From contig NMRA01000225.1 of assembly GCA_002633005.1 (NCBI GenBank), forward strand, positions 117,297 to 181,296: DNA of 64,000 nucleotides, read 5' to 3'. The notes beneath the pieces were generated by a model that was given only the letters and a program-made list of their open reading frames with translations, was not told the DNA's origin and did not search any database. Origin of the DNA: Phoronis australis. Lineage: Eukaryota; Animalia; Phoronida. The position numbers were made by a program, and so were the translations under genes. Shown here in pieces: positions 50,009-64,000 of this stretch (the stretch's first letter is position 1; each line of letters begins with the position of its first letter).

Positions 50009-53000
50009 GTAAGTTCGGAGATGTTATTTTTCAGTACAAGTATGATTGTCAATAATACTAATATTTACTTAAATATAATTAGCAAACAGCATCATCAATG
50101 GATAATAAGCATATGCTGGTCATTAATTATCTTTTTAATTGATCTTTTATGGTTTCAATCACCAAGACTGATGTGGAAATAACGCATACAGACGCTCCGC
50201 TTAAACTATGGTGGCAGAACATAAAAAACCTAGTGGCAGCATCTTTAAACTCCATGGCCGAACCAAAAAACCCATGACTCAAAGGCAGGACCAAAAAACT
50301 TAACTCTCTGGCTTCAAGCATAACACTGCGAGCCCGCCGATTTTCTGAATGATGCCGTAGGGCACCCAGTGTTTTCCGCCATTTTTGACCTGTGTAGCAC
50401 TCTCCAATATGGCGTCATATTGACAACGCGAGCTGCATGTATCTGAATGGCGCGAGCCCGGTCTATGTATTAGATGTCTATGGGCAGGACTAAGAAACTC
50501 AACTCTTACTTTCCTATGTGAGCGTCATACTGACAACGCGAGCTTCATGTATCTGAGTGGCACGTGCCGTGATGTATTAAAACGCTGACACCAGTAAATT
50601 ATATACTAGTCTATGCTGACACCAAGTTGAATGACAAGCCCGTTTTGCTAAGTGCAGAGTGAGGAAGGGAAATGTCATCGCTGTTGATTTATTTTGTCTC
50701 ATCTGTGTTCCTCAAAGGTAAGTATATGAGAAGCAAATCATGTAATTGCTTCACCAGAATTTAGGAATTTTGAATTTTTATATTCAAACAATTAAAATTG
50801 TCTGGATACCCTATACACGTAACTTGTTTGTAAATTAGTATGTATTCATATGGACACGGCCCATCAGGTTTTTAAACCGAGAAACACAATTTTGCCCAAA
50901 TAGTGCAAAGTAAAGTCGTAGGCCTACCTGTGGTAGTTGCAAGGCCTGCACCGCAGTTCTCATGATGCAAACAGTGACCTTCGGGGCACTACAGTCTTTA
51001 AACCACCATAACTTCTTCAGTTTTAAAGCGAGGATCATTATTTTAGCATTCACGTGTTCACAAGACGGGTAGAAATTATCATGTGCTGTTTGTCATGCAA
51101 TATCTCTGCTCAGTTTGTGGACTGTATCAACAGTCGGTTACCGTTCAGTGGCGTCATCAGGATGCGTGACGTCTATAGTCTCATAGACATCCGCGAAAAG
51201 GCCACGCTTCTTTTCCCTACTACACCCGGAAGAGCTGGGTTCTGTGCGCGCGCAGGGAGGTCAAGTAGGTGACCTCTGCTCGTGTCAGTCAGAGTAGGTC
51301 ACCTCTAACCACGTAATCTTTGTTTACTTCCGCAAGTTGAGCTGTTCGTTTCACATTATTAGATCGTTTTGCAACCTAACTCAGGTGCGTTATCTGATGT
51401 ATTTTCTGAAAATGTCAACATCACACAATATTTTATTATGTACATTAGACCTAATATTTGATTACACTTTCATTCTTTTATTTATTTATTTGTACCGATA
51501 TAATTTTAGGCCTATATACGTACAACGGGGGTAGTCTGGCCCGTCATGTTGTTTTCCATGGACATACAGGCAACACTTAAACGATCAATGATGAATATGA
51601 AACTGACATGGGAAGACTGATGAAACAAAATGAATAATAAACAAATTATAAATAGATGATACTAAAATTATGAGACAATTAACATGAATAAATAATGTCT
51701 TCATAAATGATTAAAAGTAGTTAATAAAAGTACATGAAATCATGTATATCATCATGTATATAGATAAAAAATAGGTTGGTCTGAGGATATTTAAGGCACA
51801 TTTGGTACACAGAACACTNTGCTTGTGACGTCAGTGGACAAAAGGGGAATTGGCCAACATTCACCATTCTGCTACTCGCACACTCCTTGCTGTCATCATG
51901 TACCAAAAGAAGTTGCAAAATTTTAGTACTGCGCGTGCGCGCGTCACGAGCGTACTGTTTTCGAAACGACGACAGACTTTCTTTGTTACACAACTCAAAA
52001 GGCGCAGAGTAATGCTAGAAAATGACGTTTATTAGATTGTTCTTCCCGTAAACGACTGGCAGCGGGCAAGGTGAGTGTCCGAATTGTCTCCGAGATTTTG
52101 TATGCACCCCGGCCGTCGGTCGTTGGCTCTGCGATATAAGTTTCACGACGAGGTGACTAACACAACTCATACCTGGCCTGTATGAGATTTAGTCTATAGT
52201 CTATGGTTTAACAGAGCCCAATTCACAATGTTACCTTGCTGTATTTTGGCGATAGTCTTTAAACAGCTAGCTGGTTGGCTACAAAAAAAAAATCTGCAGT
52301 GTGCACTTCGACGTTTCGTGTTACTGTTCCGGCCCAGAGTAGGCCTATAGGGAATCCGGCCCAATTCCGGAATATTCTGTCTGATTTGGGTCCTTCCCGT
52401 AGGCCTAACGTATTCTGATACTGAATTTAAAACGTTCATTTGGTTACAAATTCTCATAATTAGGTATGTTTTTATGCAATGTACACTTTATTTCGTAGTT
52501 TTAATTTATTACAGACACTCACAATTTTGTGTTGCTATTATTTTTTTTAGGTTGCCGAGTCAAAATGACGGCGATTAGACCATGGGTAGCAGCATTTCAA
52601 GGCGACTTATTTTGAAAATTGAGTTTCTAATATAAAGTTTTCAATTAATTTGCTTATAATTCCGTTGTACGAAAAGACCAAGCTGATATGTGTTTTAACG
52701 TTTCCAAATATTTTGCACCAAATTAAAGGGCCTATTGTCTCCTATACCAATACGGGGACACAAACTCAACAGCCGCCCGTAAGCCTATTGGAATCGCGCA
52801 GCGTTCACACCTTCGGCTTCAAAAAGACATGAATGCAAAGTTCCCAACATCAAAGTTTTTGTATCAAGCAAGTTACTCTTTATAATAAACATTGTGAAAT
52901 TGCTGATAACAATTCAGACGAAGCGTTTTGTTTTTCCGGCTGTTCCGACGGCGCCAGTCACACTACCGGGGATTCCCATACGGGCCCGTATTAGAATATG

Positions 53001-53380
53001 TGCTAAATAATTGCATAAAAAATTCTAAAGGTAATGATTTTGATCAATTTCAATATCAACTGACATGAAATGAAAAATTAATGCGTTTCCTTGATTTCCC
53101 ACGTATTTTGCACTAAATTAAATGGCCAGTCATCGCTGATTCCAATACTGTGGAGACAAAGTCGTGGTAACGATGATGTCATAGACTTCGATTGGCGCGA
53201 GCGCCGTCTCAATTTTTTTTTTTTGGCGCTGGATGGGGTTCGTGATGGGGCTACTGTGTTTTCGAAGGCCTACTTAATTAACGACTGGGGTATGCTATGA
53301 CACAGTATTTTGATGTTTTTCATCAATAAATGTATTTTAGATGTAAAAATAGTCATTTTGGCACCATACTTGGCCTTTAA

Positions 53381-56031
53381 GTCCTGCCTCCCGTTCAGTA
53401 ACGCTAGGATCTCGCTAAAAAGCAAGACTTCGCGAGATTACGTGAGATATTGCCGTGCATTTTAGCTAGTTCCTAGCGTCTACTGAACGCACGCCTGGTC
53501 TCGCATGTCGTTAACCCTTATTACATGGTTAGAGGATGTTATAAGGATCCAAGAAGTACCTACCCCATAACTAATACACAATCCGTAATCCAACAACGCT
53601 TTAATAAACGCGCCACTCCCGATTCGCACCCGAAGAATACACCTCCATTTTAAACTTACCGCGAACCCGGAAGTACAATTCATTCAGTAACCTAGGCTAA
53701 GAACACGCCGTCAGTGCGACTGGAGCAGTGCCTGTTACCAGCATTCAAACGGGGATAAAATAATCGACAGCACGCCTTAATTTTAATAAAATCAATATAC
53801 GGACAATTTTATCGAATTTGCTGAAGAAATGTGGCGAATAAATTTTGAAGTAAATTGTTTTGCCGGACTCGGACCGCAGCCTATCGGACCCGGTGCGGAT
53901 CGAGACCAGACACTGACGAACGGTAAAGGTATGTGGTTGCAAGCTGTTTTGTCGTAGTAAACTGTTCAAACCATAAATACCGTATATATTCAAATGTAGT
54001 TTCAGACAGTTGCATAAAATTACAGGCTGGTTAATCCTGTTTCACACTGCCGTGGCAGCCCTTAGCTAGCCTCAATGCCAGCTACCATTATGAAGACTAT
54101 CGTCAAACTACAGCTTGTTAGTAGGCTTATACAGCTTTGCGCCAAGGCTACCCTTAGGCCTACCTGGTCCCTGGCCACAACGCTCGCTCAGACGAGGTTT
54201 ATTTAAAACTTGGGGTCTTCTGGCAAACTGTGCAAAGTTTTTGGCTTTCAACAGAGTTTTGCCCAGACTTTGCATGAGCGCCCCAAGGCTAAAAAAACGG
54301 GGGGCTGGAATTTTTGGAAATGTCTACCTTTTACTATAAGATTCACAGGGTGAGTTCAGAGCTATAATTTACAGACGCTAAATTTTGGTACTTCCTGTCT
54401 TCTAGTTGACCTTTGTCTCGTTTTCTACTTTTTTCGGAGTTCGTGCTTCTCTGACTGAGGCACCCCTTTTTCCATTTCTCCAAATACAGGGCTCGTTCGA
54501 GCACATAAGTATGACAAGTCCAATACAAATGTTATCATTTTTCATTCATTAAGCCAAAATGATTCAACTTTTTACCATAATAAGTAACTTAGAATGAACA
54601 GTACGTAACAACATTTAAGCATTACAAACACTATCCAATAGCACAAACTTCCATGATATGAAAGTGGACATACATATAACTATTACCATGGTGACCGAAT
54701 AGTTTTTTCTTACACCAGAATTTGACAAGTATGATTTAAAAAAATATGAAGTTGCAAGGAACAAGAATTGGAGGCTCGAAGCTTCATAATACAAAATAGC
54801 TTATTTCTCAAATTAAGATTCTCCATGTTGTTGACTTGATAACCTGAATTAAGAAAGAAATAAGTTACAAAACATGACTTGAAAGCAATTTAGACTTAAA
54901 ATTAGAAAAAAATATGAATCGTTTTGTGACACCTAATCAAGCATTGAACAGCAGTTGACAGTCAAACAAAAAACTATTTCAAAATTATTTCGACCTTTTT
55001 TAGCTTAGTGTAAGATCACGTGAATGTGAAATTCACAGTAAAATAATTCGAATATATCTTATATTTTTGCACCAAAAACACGAAAATTGAACAAAGTTCC
55101 TTTTTTTGTAGCAACGTTTGTCAAAATGTAGCAACGGTAAATCTTCACGAATTACAAAGTAACTGGTTGAACATGCCTTCCAGTTCAGCAAAAGTCGCCA
55201 TGTTGTCGGTGCCGCCAGAAATGAGACTAAGTCCAACGGAAATTGTGAGCATATTTATCACTTAATAAGTAACAACTGCGAGGCTGAAATTTGGTGAAAA
55301 CTATTGAATCGTGCAGAATAGTAAGTAGAGATACGTCTCACTAAATTTCACCGTAAATTGTTGGCGAAAACAATTTACACAAAGTTCTAAACTCGTAACT
55401 TATCCCGACGGGATCCAATCAAAGTGACCCAAATTTCGCCACAAAAATTGCAAAAACGTAACACTGCTTAACCTGATTTTGATACTTTTTCGATTTTTAC
55501 TGAATAGAATGCACTATCTTTCCGATGATAGCAAAGTACTTTTTCAAAACGAAATAAAAATTAAAACGAAAAAAAATTGATTCGACTCGTATTGGTTCCT
55601 AGGTTCGACCGCCCTCCGTAAGGAACTAAACACCAATGCTATTTCAACATAATGAGTACGCGTAACACTCCAAAAAATCAACGACCACTAACTACAAACT
55701 ATAAATACACTACATATGCAAACGAATCACAAGATATTACTAATAAAACAAAGTAATGAAGACCTTCGAGCAAGCGATAGCATGCATTCAGTTACAAGGA
55801 AAAAATGGCGGCGTTCAGCACAAGTTCCTGAACTGACGAGCCGGAATTGTGGGTATGGAAATAACCGATGACAGCCGGTAATTATACGCTCACAGAGAAG
55901 GGTCAAATACTGTTAAAAAATCGCTTTTGACACGAAAGGCGAAAATAATAAAAAAGGGTATCGAAAATAAGATTTCATTTAGTAAGTATTTTCGGAAACT
56001 GGAATCACATTGGAATTTTGAGGTAAGGACT
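53381..56031. mobile_element. TTAA-flanked non-autonomous element, copy 2 (lacks the Academ insertion)
   Basis: Colinear with 32288-32891 plus 37931-40042. Begins ttaa|GTCCTG and ends ...AAGGACT|ttta. Confidence 0.75.
53387..53493. mobile_element. Small MITE inserted in the left TIR of copy 2, 4 bp TSD CCTG
   Basis: cctg|cctcccgttcagtaacgctagga...tcctagcgtctactgaacgcacg|cctg. Absent in copy 1. Confidence 0.65.
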
Positions 56032-59000
56032 TTTAGGTTCCTCCGAAGGTTTGCTGGTTGTATTTTTTAACCATCAGTCTGATCATAAATGTGGCCTTCG
56101 ATGACGAGGTATAGCAACAGAACTGTTCCGTAAAGGTAAGCCTTTATTTCAGTAAAAGAATTACAACAATGCGTAGTATTTCCAATTAAATAAAATGCAA
56201 AATGTTCCAAAACGTCCGATAATTAGGTCTCATGACTATACTATATATTATCGTCTGCTGTCGCTACAAGAGTATAAAGTGGGATGCTGAGTGTTCTGTT
56301 ACTGTTATTCATTTTTCAGCTTCAATACTATATTTTCATACCATTTCTTGATACATTTGGCAATTATTAAATTTTACTTCTCCTGAAAATGTTTAAGAAA
56401 TTTGTAACAGCTTATCACATCAAAGAAAGTCAGTCGGCCGGAGCGTCTGGTTTAGGGGGCAAAGTAAGTTCATTCTTCCCTACACTTGACACATTTACTC
56501 CTAGTATTGGCATGGTCACACCAACTATTGAAATTTTCTTTCTCAGTGATACATGCAGTGGTGGGCCGGTGACCCCAGGCCCGGGGTCAGGCACCAAGTC
56601 ACAGGCCTGCAACCAACATTTTTAACGGAGTGTTCGAATTACACATTTTCTTTCAAAAGTTTGTACCTTAATTGCCAGCGGAGGCGTTCTTCTCTGGTAA
56701 GCAGATTGTCCACGTCAGTCCGAAACTCCAGTCGACATTTTGGGCCGCAGTTGTTTGGTTCCTGGTCAACCCCTGTTCTCTCTTGCTAATTTAGTCTTAT
56801 AGAACCCATCATTGCCGTGTAGGCCTATGCTGATGGAAAACTTTGATACTGCATGTTTGCAATTTAGCGAGATCCGCTGACATTTGGCGCGAGTCGAAAA
56901 AAAATACATACAGGCATTCAGAGTTCATCAGTGAACGGGACGAGACGTCTACGGTACATACATGTATAAATCGGCTAACAAAATTTGGAATGCCATTCGG
57001 TTATTGAGGAATTATAGATGAAAAAACTATGCTGGGAAGCAAACTGTTTTAAACTTTCGTCGCCTCCTCGTCTTTTGGAACCCAACAAACCGTAGGCACA
57101 CCTACTGAAATAAGGGTAGCACAAACTTCTCAAACGACTTTTCCCACAACTGCTTTCGACACATGTAATGACTCGCCGGCTAGGTATTAGAATGCGCCTT
57201 TTGCCAGGAATCGTAGAGTAACAAGGAGTTAATAAATTGGCGGCGATGACATGCAGTGATACGGGGGGGTTATTAAGGTGAAGAATAAGAAGATTTAAAA
57301 TGAAAACTATTATCTCTGAACTGAAACTGAAACGCGGAAATGTGGCAAGAGGACTTAATTTTTTAGATTTGCTAGTGTCTGTCGGTGGCCTTTTGATATT
57401 TTATTCTCGCACTCGTATTTATTTTAGAGTACGATTTCAAGCACACTGCCAGATCAAACTTGAAATTTGGAGCATATAGGCCTACTCAGAATTTTACTCA
57501 AAATCGTACTAGAAATACAGATGAGATACACTTCAGTTCAATTATACTCGAAAATGGGGCTATTCGGAAAATCTACAATAACTAGAGGGCGTGCGTGTAC
57601 TAGTGGTGATAGATTAACAGCCTCGATTTCGCGAGCCATTTAAATACATGGTGAAATGGCTTGCAGCCGTGCCAACTAAAACTGAGATTGCGTAAAAAGG
57701 GTGCTTCTATGAGAGGAAGTAAGCACGACCTCATACAAAGGTAAGGTTTGTGATTATTTTAACGATTATTCCATGATTATTCTACCGATGCCTGTTAACT
57801 GAGGCACTCACCGATGTCGACTTCGCGGCAGTCAGTCGCCAGCCAGAGTCTGCGGGTTAATCTTTGTATGTTGTGATATGTGATACGATACTTGACGTAG
57901 CAATCGGGATCTTTTCGTACACCAAAGCATTATTATTGTTTGGAATGATTTCTAAAAGTTTATCAGTGACAGTTACATCAATCAATGCTGAATGTTTATG
58001 CTGTCAACTCGATACAGGTTAATGAGTTAAGATTACAATCCAATCCCAATGGCAAAGGGTACGTGAGTGATAAATATCCATTGCATTAGACTATTTGTTT
58101 ACTCCCTATCATATGTCTTCTGGAAATCTATTACACGTTGAAATGGAAATCTATCACGTCAGTTTTCACGTAACCTTTGGTTTTTAGGTTTGAAGGCTTG
58201 TACCGTGCAGAGGAGATATGCATCGCTTCTGCACCGTCCCTGAATGGACAAAAATTGGTTTTTAGCATTTGACTGCAGCTAACCAACAAGATCTTCCCAT
58301 CCAGTGCAGATCTGTTGTCAAAGCCTACTTTCAATATTGGAGACAACGAACAAAGCCTTTGAAAAGGAACAGCTATTTTTAAAGTCATTTTGTTAAATTA
58401 CTTATTCAGGTCCCGAGGGGGGATTGGCATGGGGGGTTGTAATATTTGGTACAACTGAATGTGTGGAAATAACAGGTAATACATGTTTGGGGAAAAGAGC
58501 ATGGTGAGGTAATTCTTAACCTTCACGAAGTCCCTTCAAGTTGATTTCATGAAACTGTTTTGCTACTTGTATCAATTGTAAAACCACGAAAATATATTAC
58601 ATTTTCCGAATTCACAGTGACTGAATAGTCTTTAATCATGCCTTGAAATGTTGCAAGTCGTTATAAATTCAAATGACTGCCATTTTTGTGAAAATTGCAT
58701 TTTTGATGGTGCCTTACGATTTGTAATTACTCTTAAACAACAGAAAGATTATCCATCATTTTTAAATGACCCAAGTCTTCATATCTTCTATTAGAAGAAA
58801 AACGGTTCCCTCAACCTTAGGCTAGAAGTATGCTTGACAGACCCATGAACCTGTAATCTGAGTTTAAAATTGCTGAAAGTATCAAAATTAAAAAGGCTTG
58901 AAAATGGGTAACAAAGGTTTGAAGTTGTCTCAAAAAACTTGTATATTTTACAGACAAGTGATGCGTTTAAAGAATTGTTATGGCTAGGGATAAAAAATAA

Positions 59001-61491
59001 AGACACAGTTTTATGCAATACTCATTATATACACCCTTGGTTTCTGAAAATAGTAATTATTTACTTTTATGTGAAACTGTAGACCAATCACCATATATTT
59101 TTGAAAAACAGGGATAACATTTTTGATCCAATCTGGAGTACTTAATTATTCATATTTCAATATTTGTTCCAGGTTCAGTGACATTTTAAGGCCACTTCAA
59201 GCTGTATCATAGACAAGCTTTGTTACTCCGTTCTCTTCCCACAGCACTTCCACACACCAGCAGTGCTGCATGGCACAATGTGCAAGTCAGTGGCCCTGGA
59301 GAAATGTGAATCGCAGTACTAAGTTACCATAAGACAATGTGCCAGTGGAGTGTCTGTGTATCCAGACGAACTATATCTGACTGCTACACAAATAAGCCTT
59401 GTTGGTGAGGATGCCCTTTCATAGGCAATGAGTCATGTGTGGACAATAGCTTATTTCCTTTCCTGGAAGAAACATGAGGGACTGAAGCTAAAGAAGACCT
59501 AGTCACACTCTGGTCTAGTTCAGAGTCTGATTTTGGGCTCAAAACGATTCAAGTGATATGCTGCTGTGTTTACCTTCAAGGGTCTAATTGTGGATGTTAT
59601 TGAGGCTGAATGAGGTTACATGAAAGAAAGCCACGTGTTGAAACTGGACCTTTTTTACAAGCGCTTCTATAGGCCATTGAAACTAGAACCCAGTGAAATG
59701 AAAGCCAAAAGCTGAGTGACATTAAATTTTCCTTTCAGAAGAAAGGCTTTATACTATTGGTAAAAACTTTTCAATTTGGTACAGATTATGGGGAAATGAC
59801 ATTCAGTGACTGCATCGATTGTCTTATTGTATGTTTTCAATTGTAGCTAGCTGGATAAGAATCTGCTATGCACAAGATTCGAGAATAAACAATTATCAGT
59901 GTATTTAAAAACAAATGGCAAACTGAAAAAGCACAGAAAGAAACAACATTGCGAGGGAGTCCATAATCAGGCATATCAGGTGCTGAATTTCTGAATTACG
60001 TTCAATTCTCTCAGGTTATTGCTGAAGGATTGCTTTTCACTTTGTCCAACGGTGAAATAGATGGTCAGGCGGTTGGTTTCAGTTGTTTTTTCTTGCCTGT
60101 AACAGAATAGAAATATTAGCAAATTGTAAAAGAAAAGACAAGACAAAACTACTTTTGTAAGGCAGAACATACTTGACATTTCATCTTCATGTTTATGTGT
60201 AGAAACTAATAACCTTTGTACCCAAGTCTTATTTAATATCTGAATTAAAATATGTGAAACAGGCTAAAAGTGATTTAACAATGTGTATTTTTCATGACAC
60301 TTAAAATGTGCTTCTGATCTCAACAAGTAAAATTCATTCTAGGTGTCAATTTTTTTCCAATGCAATGTTACGACATTTACTGAATTAAGGCTTATTCATG
60401 TTAATTCGATAACTGAGCTGGTGGTCCTGGGGGTGGGGTCCACGATAAAATAAGGAAACTCACTCATCTAGAGAATTTTATTGGAAACAGCATAGTTTTG
60501 AAGAGAAACTGCTGTGAAAAAGTCACTCTTGACTTCTGTGCATCACGTACCATACACCTCTTATTTTGGGAGCACTCCCACCCAGGACAATATGAATATG
60601 TGCTGCTAGCCTACCCGGCATCGGGTGAGTTTCCAAAAAGAAACACTTAGTTCCACTCAATAAAACTGTTATTCAGTGGGGTAACTGGTGGGGATAACAT
60701 CACCGAACGATGTTGATAGAAACTGATTGCTAAAAACTTACCAAGTAATGTTGTGTAGTCTCCGAATGGAACTGCATAGTCATAGACATAGAGCACACAC
60801 GGGGCTTCAGCATCCACACACTTTTTGTCAGTTAGTTGACCCTGTTGACCGCAATTGTCCACGAATATAGTAACCTTAGGTCTTTTGGGAATTTGTGGCC
60901 ACCTGTCGAAGACTTGCACCAGGGAAATTAGCAGTAATAAGGCTTAGCGCGACGACGTATTTTGATAAAAATTCCATCTTTTACCAGTTGTTTACATGCA
61001 GACAGCCACGCATGCGCAATTCAATCACCACTAGTACAGCAGCGACACCGCGTGGAGAATTCTCCGAATAGCCCCATTGAGTACGCGCTCGAAATTTCGA
61101 GTACAGATTTTTCGAGTATGACATTGAATACACCAAAGCCGAGTCTGTACTCGAGTTGAGTATGAAGTGTGAGTTTGAGCATGATTCGAGTCTGAGTATG
61201 GAGATTGGAGACCGGGCCCAGAACTCCTGTCCGACAGTTCACTGCTCTGATTGTGTGCTCACGAGTCATTCTCAAGCAGAGACAGCCAACGGCAGTTTCA
61301 AATTTATTAAGACTGAATGGAACTCCGTGACTTTGTGAAGACTGGCAGGGACAGGACGGCCAACTTCACTTAGTTTCGACCAGGCTGTGTGCGTGGTTCC
61401 TTGGGTGAGGTTGAGGCAAAGCAGCCCTAAACTTTTCGGTCGCGCTGCGTTGCGGTCTTGACATAGATTTGATGAATGCGTCGTGTTTGAT

Positions 61492-62841
61492 AATTACTCT
61501 GCGCGTGTAAGCGCAGAGTACTGTTGTTCTTGGGTTTTCTTCAAATTTATTCTTATTCTTATTCTTCTTACTATTACTTTGCGCGTGTAAGCGCAGAGTA
61601 CTGTTGTTCCTGGGTTTTCTTCAATTTTATTACTCTGCGCGTGTAAGCGCAGAGTACTGTTGTTCCTGGATTTTCTTCAATTTTATTCTTATTCTTATTC
61701 TTATTCTTCTTCCGACCAAATTTGAGGCTTAATAACTCCAAATTGGGTGCAGGTACGATCTTTAAATTCAGCATATGACTGACAGTATATAAATTTTGAT
61801 TGGTTATAAAATCATATTCCATATTGCACCGGAAGAGGTCGTTTGGTGCAAAGGTCATATAATTTTCAAAATGCTACTCCTTCAGTTTTTTTTTCAAATT
61901 CGCTGCACAGGTATAAGTCAACATGACAATTTAAAAAGTTACTTTTCTAAGTAATCGGGTCATCCAATCAGGTGAAATTTGGTCAACGGTCATTAGGTGC
62001 AAACTAAAATTTTGAGCTAGACACTTCAACTTGACAGGTCTGATTGTCACAGGTAAATCAAATCGGAATCCAAATTTTGAGGTCATTTAGTGCAAACATG
62101 GGGTCATTAGGTGCATTTTTCTTCTGAAAATTTGACCTTTTCAATCAGCAAGTATTCTGATGTGTCAACCGTTAGACAACTGTGATTCTCAGCGTTAAAT
62201 AATTCTCCTAAAGATGCTTAAAATGCACCGGATAACATCAATTAGTGCACAGACCATGTAACGTTCAAAATGTTATATCTCTTACGTTTTTCAAGGAATT
62301 CTTTTCAATTTCAGCCCACTGGTGTAAGTCAACATGCCAATTAATACCCTACTTTACTTCGCAATAGGCCAAACCAATCAGAAAAAATAGGTCATAGGTC
62401 ATTGAGTGCAAACTAAAATTATGAGCTAGAGACTTCAGAATTACGTATCTGTTTACTAAGAGCGATTGAGTATAAATTCTAAGTTTTCAGGTCATTTGGT
62501 GCACCCATGGGGTCATTAGGTGCATTTTTCTTCTGAATGATTGACCACTTCATTCATCTTGTATTCTGAAGTGCTTAAAGTAAAACAACTGTGGTTATTA
62601 GCATTAACCACACTTTTAATCGAGTTAACAATTACTCCCTCATCGGGGCTCATAATGCACCGGAAGAGGTCAATTAGTGGAAAGGTCATCAAAAAATTAA
62701 TACGTAATTTCTCCTACAATTTTAAAGAATTCCTCTTCATATTGGTAAACGGATTGCTGTCAGTAACTTCCCATAATAATTCCAGTAATACGCACTCGCA
62801 GAGTCTGTTATTGTCACGCCGTGACAATAATCTTTCTAGTT
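61492..62841 (+). mobile_element. Helentron-associated (DINE-1/HINE-like) element with a triplicated 5' end
   Basis: 5' hairpin actctgcgc-gtgtaa-gcgcagagt plus (TTATTC)n, internal units ggtcattaggtgca, 3' subTIR cgcagagt (~62797), stem-loop ttattgtcac-gcc-gtgacaataa (62808-62830) and end CTAG|tt. Confidence 0.75.
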
Positions 62842-63141
62842 CATCATTATTCCTACTTCATATCATTTTAAAATGCATCTGCATACTCATTTCATGACAT
62901 ACGGGCAATTTCGCGTGCACATGAAATCTGATCATAGTTTCTAGTTGTACTGGTCAGCTAGAGACGGTGATCACTGCAGTCACAGGCGCTTGGGTTTATC
63001 GCAAATGACGTCACTCAATAATATATATAAGAAAACATAAAGGTTGGACACTTAAACTTTGCCAAGCCGAGGCTCCCAAGTTCAACCGTCCAAAATCCAA
63101 ATAAAGTCTGCGTGCACCTCCCTCAGTCTGGTGTTGCATAA

Positions 63142-64000
63142 TAGTCCAGGCCCTTTACACCTCGGATTAAAGCACCAAATTTGGCACACTGGTACTTTTT
63201 GACATGCTGAATCTCATGGGGGTTGGTTGCCCAAATTTTGAGGTCAAAGTCAAGGTCAAACCCTGAAAAATAAAATGGCCGCCAAGTAACACTTCTTTGG
63301 TTGCTTAAAGAAGTGATCACACATTTTAAGGCTAGGTAATGGTACTTTCTTAACTAGAATTCTATCAAAATGACATTGCAATATATTTTCTTTATAATAT
63401 GAAAACCCCTCATTTGCATAAATCCAATATGGCGGCCAAAATTTAACGAACCAACTACAATTTTTACAAAAGCATCTATTTTGATCTGGTGCAAGACTAA
63501 TAATACAAAAACAAATAGGTTCTCTTGCCAAAAATGAACTCGATTTATCATTAATTTGTACAATTATTATGAAAATTCGGTTGATGTTATGATAAAGAGA
63601 CCAATATATGCATAACACTTGACAGACTACCAAAAACTCGGAGGCCAGCTTTGATAAATGACGTTAATATGCTTGTTCTAGCTCCTGTCTACGTAATATA
63701 AACCGATTGTCAATTGCTTATAATATCAACACAATAAAACGGATTAATGTCAAATTGTCACTGTAGCTCACATAATTCAATTAACACTATCATCTGTTCC
63801 TTTGCGCCAAAACGAACCACGATGTCACTGACATGTTCCCTGGCATTTGCTAAGCGTTGTGCATGCTAAGGAATCACATCCACATCACTTGCCGCATAGT
63901 TGTAAACTCTTGCAACCACACATAATGAGCAGCTTAAACGCTTTGGAGACTTCAGGCATGTCTGTCCAGCCTGGTGTCCATTGTTGGTCTGTGTCTCTCT
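63142..64000 (-). mobile_element. End of a second, different Academ element running off the window
   Basis: Begins TAGTCCAG, with aaaatggccgcc-type subterminal motifs. Minus strand 64000-63825 reads WTPGWTDMPEVSKAFKLLIMCGCKSLQLCGK*CGCDSLACTTLSKCQGTCQ*, an Academ-type Cys-rich C-terminus with an internal stop. Confidence 0.7.

Noticed and set aside
56389-56789. Short ORFs in a GC-richer patch
   Set aside because: Possibly old retroelement debris, but no diagnostic motif was recognised.
61492-61711. CRISPR-like palindromic repeats
   Set aside because: Eukaryotic context, and the spacers are microsatellite variants rather than unique sequences.

Overview
Animal (probably marine invertebrate) genomic DNA, with GT-AG introns and single-N scaffold joins. 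Most of the ORF track is noise or splits spliced genes. The first ~31 kb holds a compact cluster of five co-oriented (+), spliced, low-complexity genes assembled by hand from splice sites; none matches a family I recognise. A (4476-8376) is Arg/Pro-rich with a His-rich then (G)nC tail. B (3' exons 14959-15674, possibly starting MGCSPS at 9660) has a PSAP motif and GHGGY repeats. C (18111-19519) starts MSCLPCCGKK. D (>=22939-24733) is Cys/Asn/acid-rich with a C-terminal hydrophobic segment. E (28569-30455) starts MGSGCTKSK and is acidic. All confidently called introns are phase 1. The rest is mainly transposon debris: a Kolobok-type THAP element, an RTE LINE, tRNA-SINEs, Helentron-associated (DINE/HINE-like) elements carrying CTCF-like motifs, two Academ elements (one nested, with its empty site also in the window), a PGBD2/3-like piggyBac pseudogene with an N-terminal intron, a Ngaro/DIRS RT fragment and many MITEs. 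Two apparent tandem duplications at N positions are probably haplotype-overlap artefacts. All calls are by eye, with no database searches.
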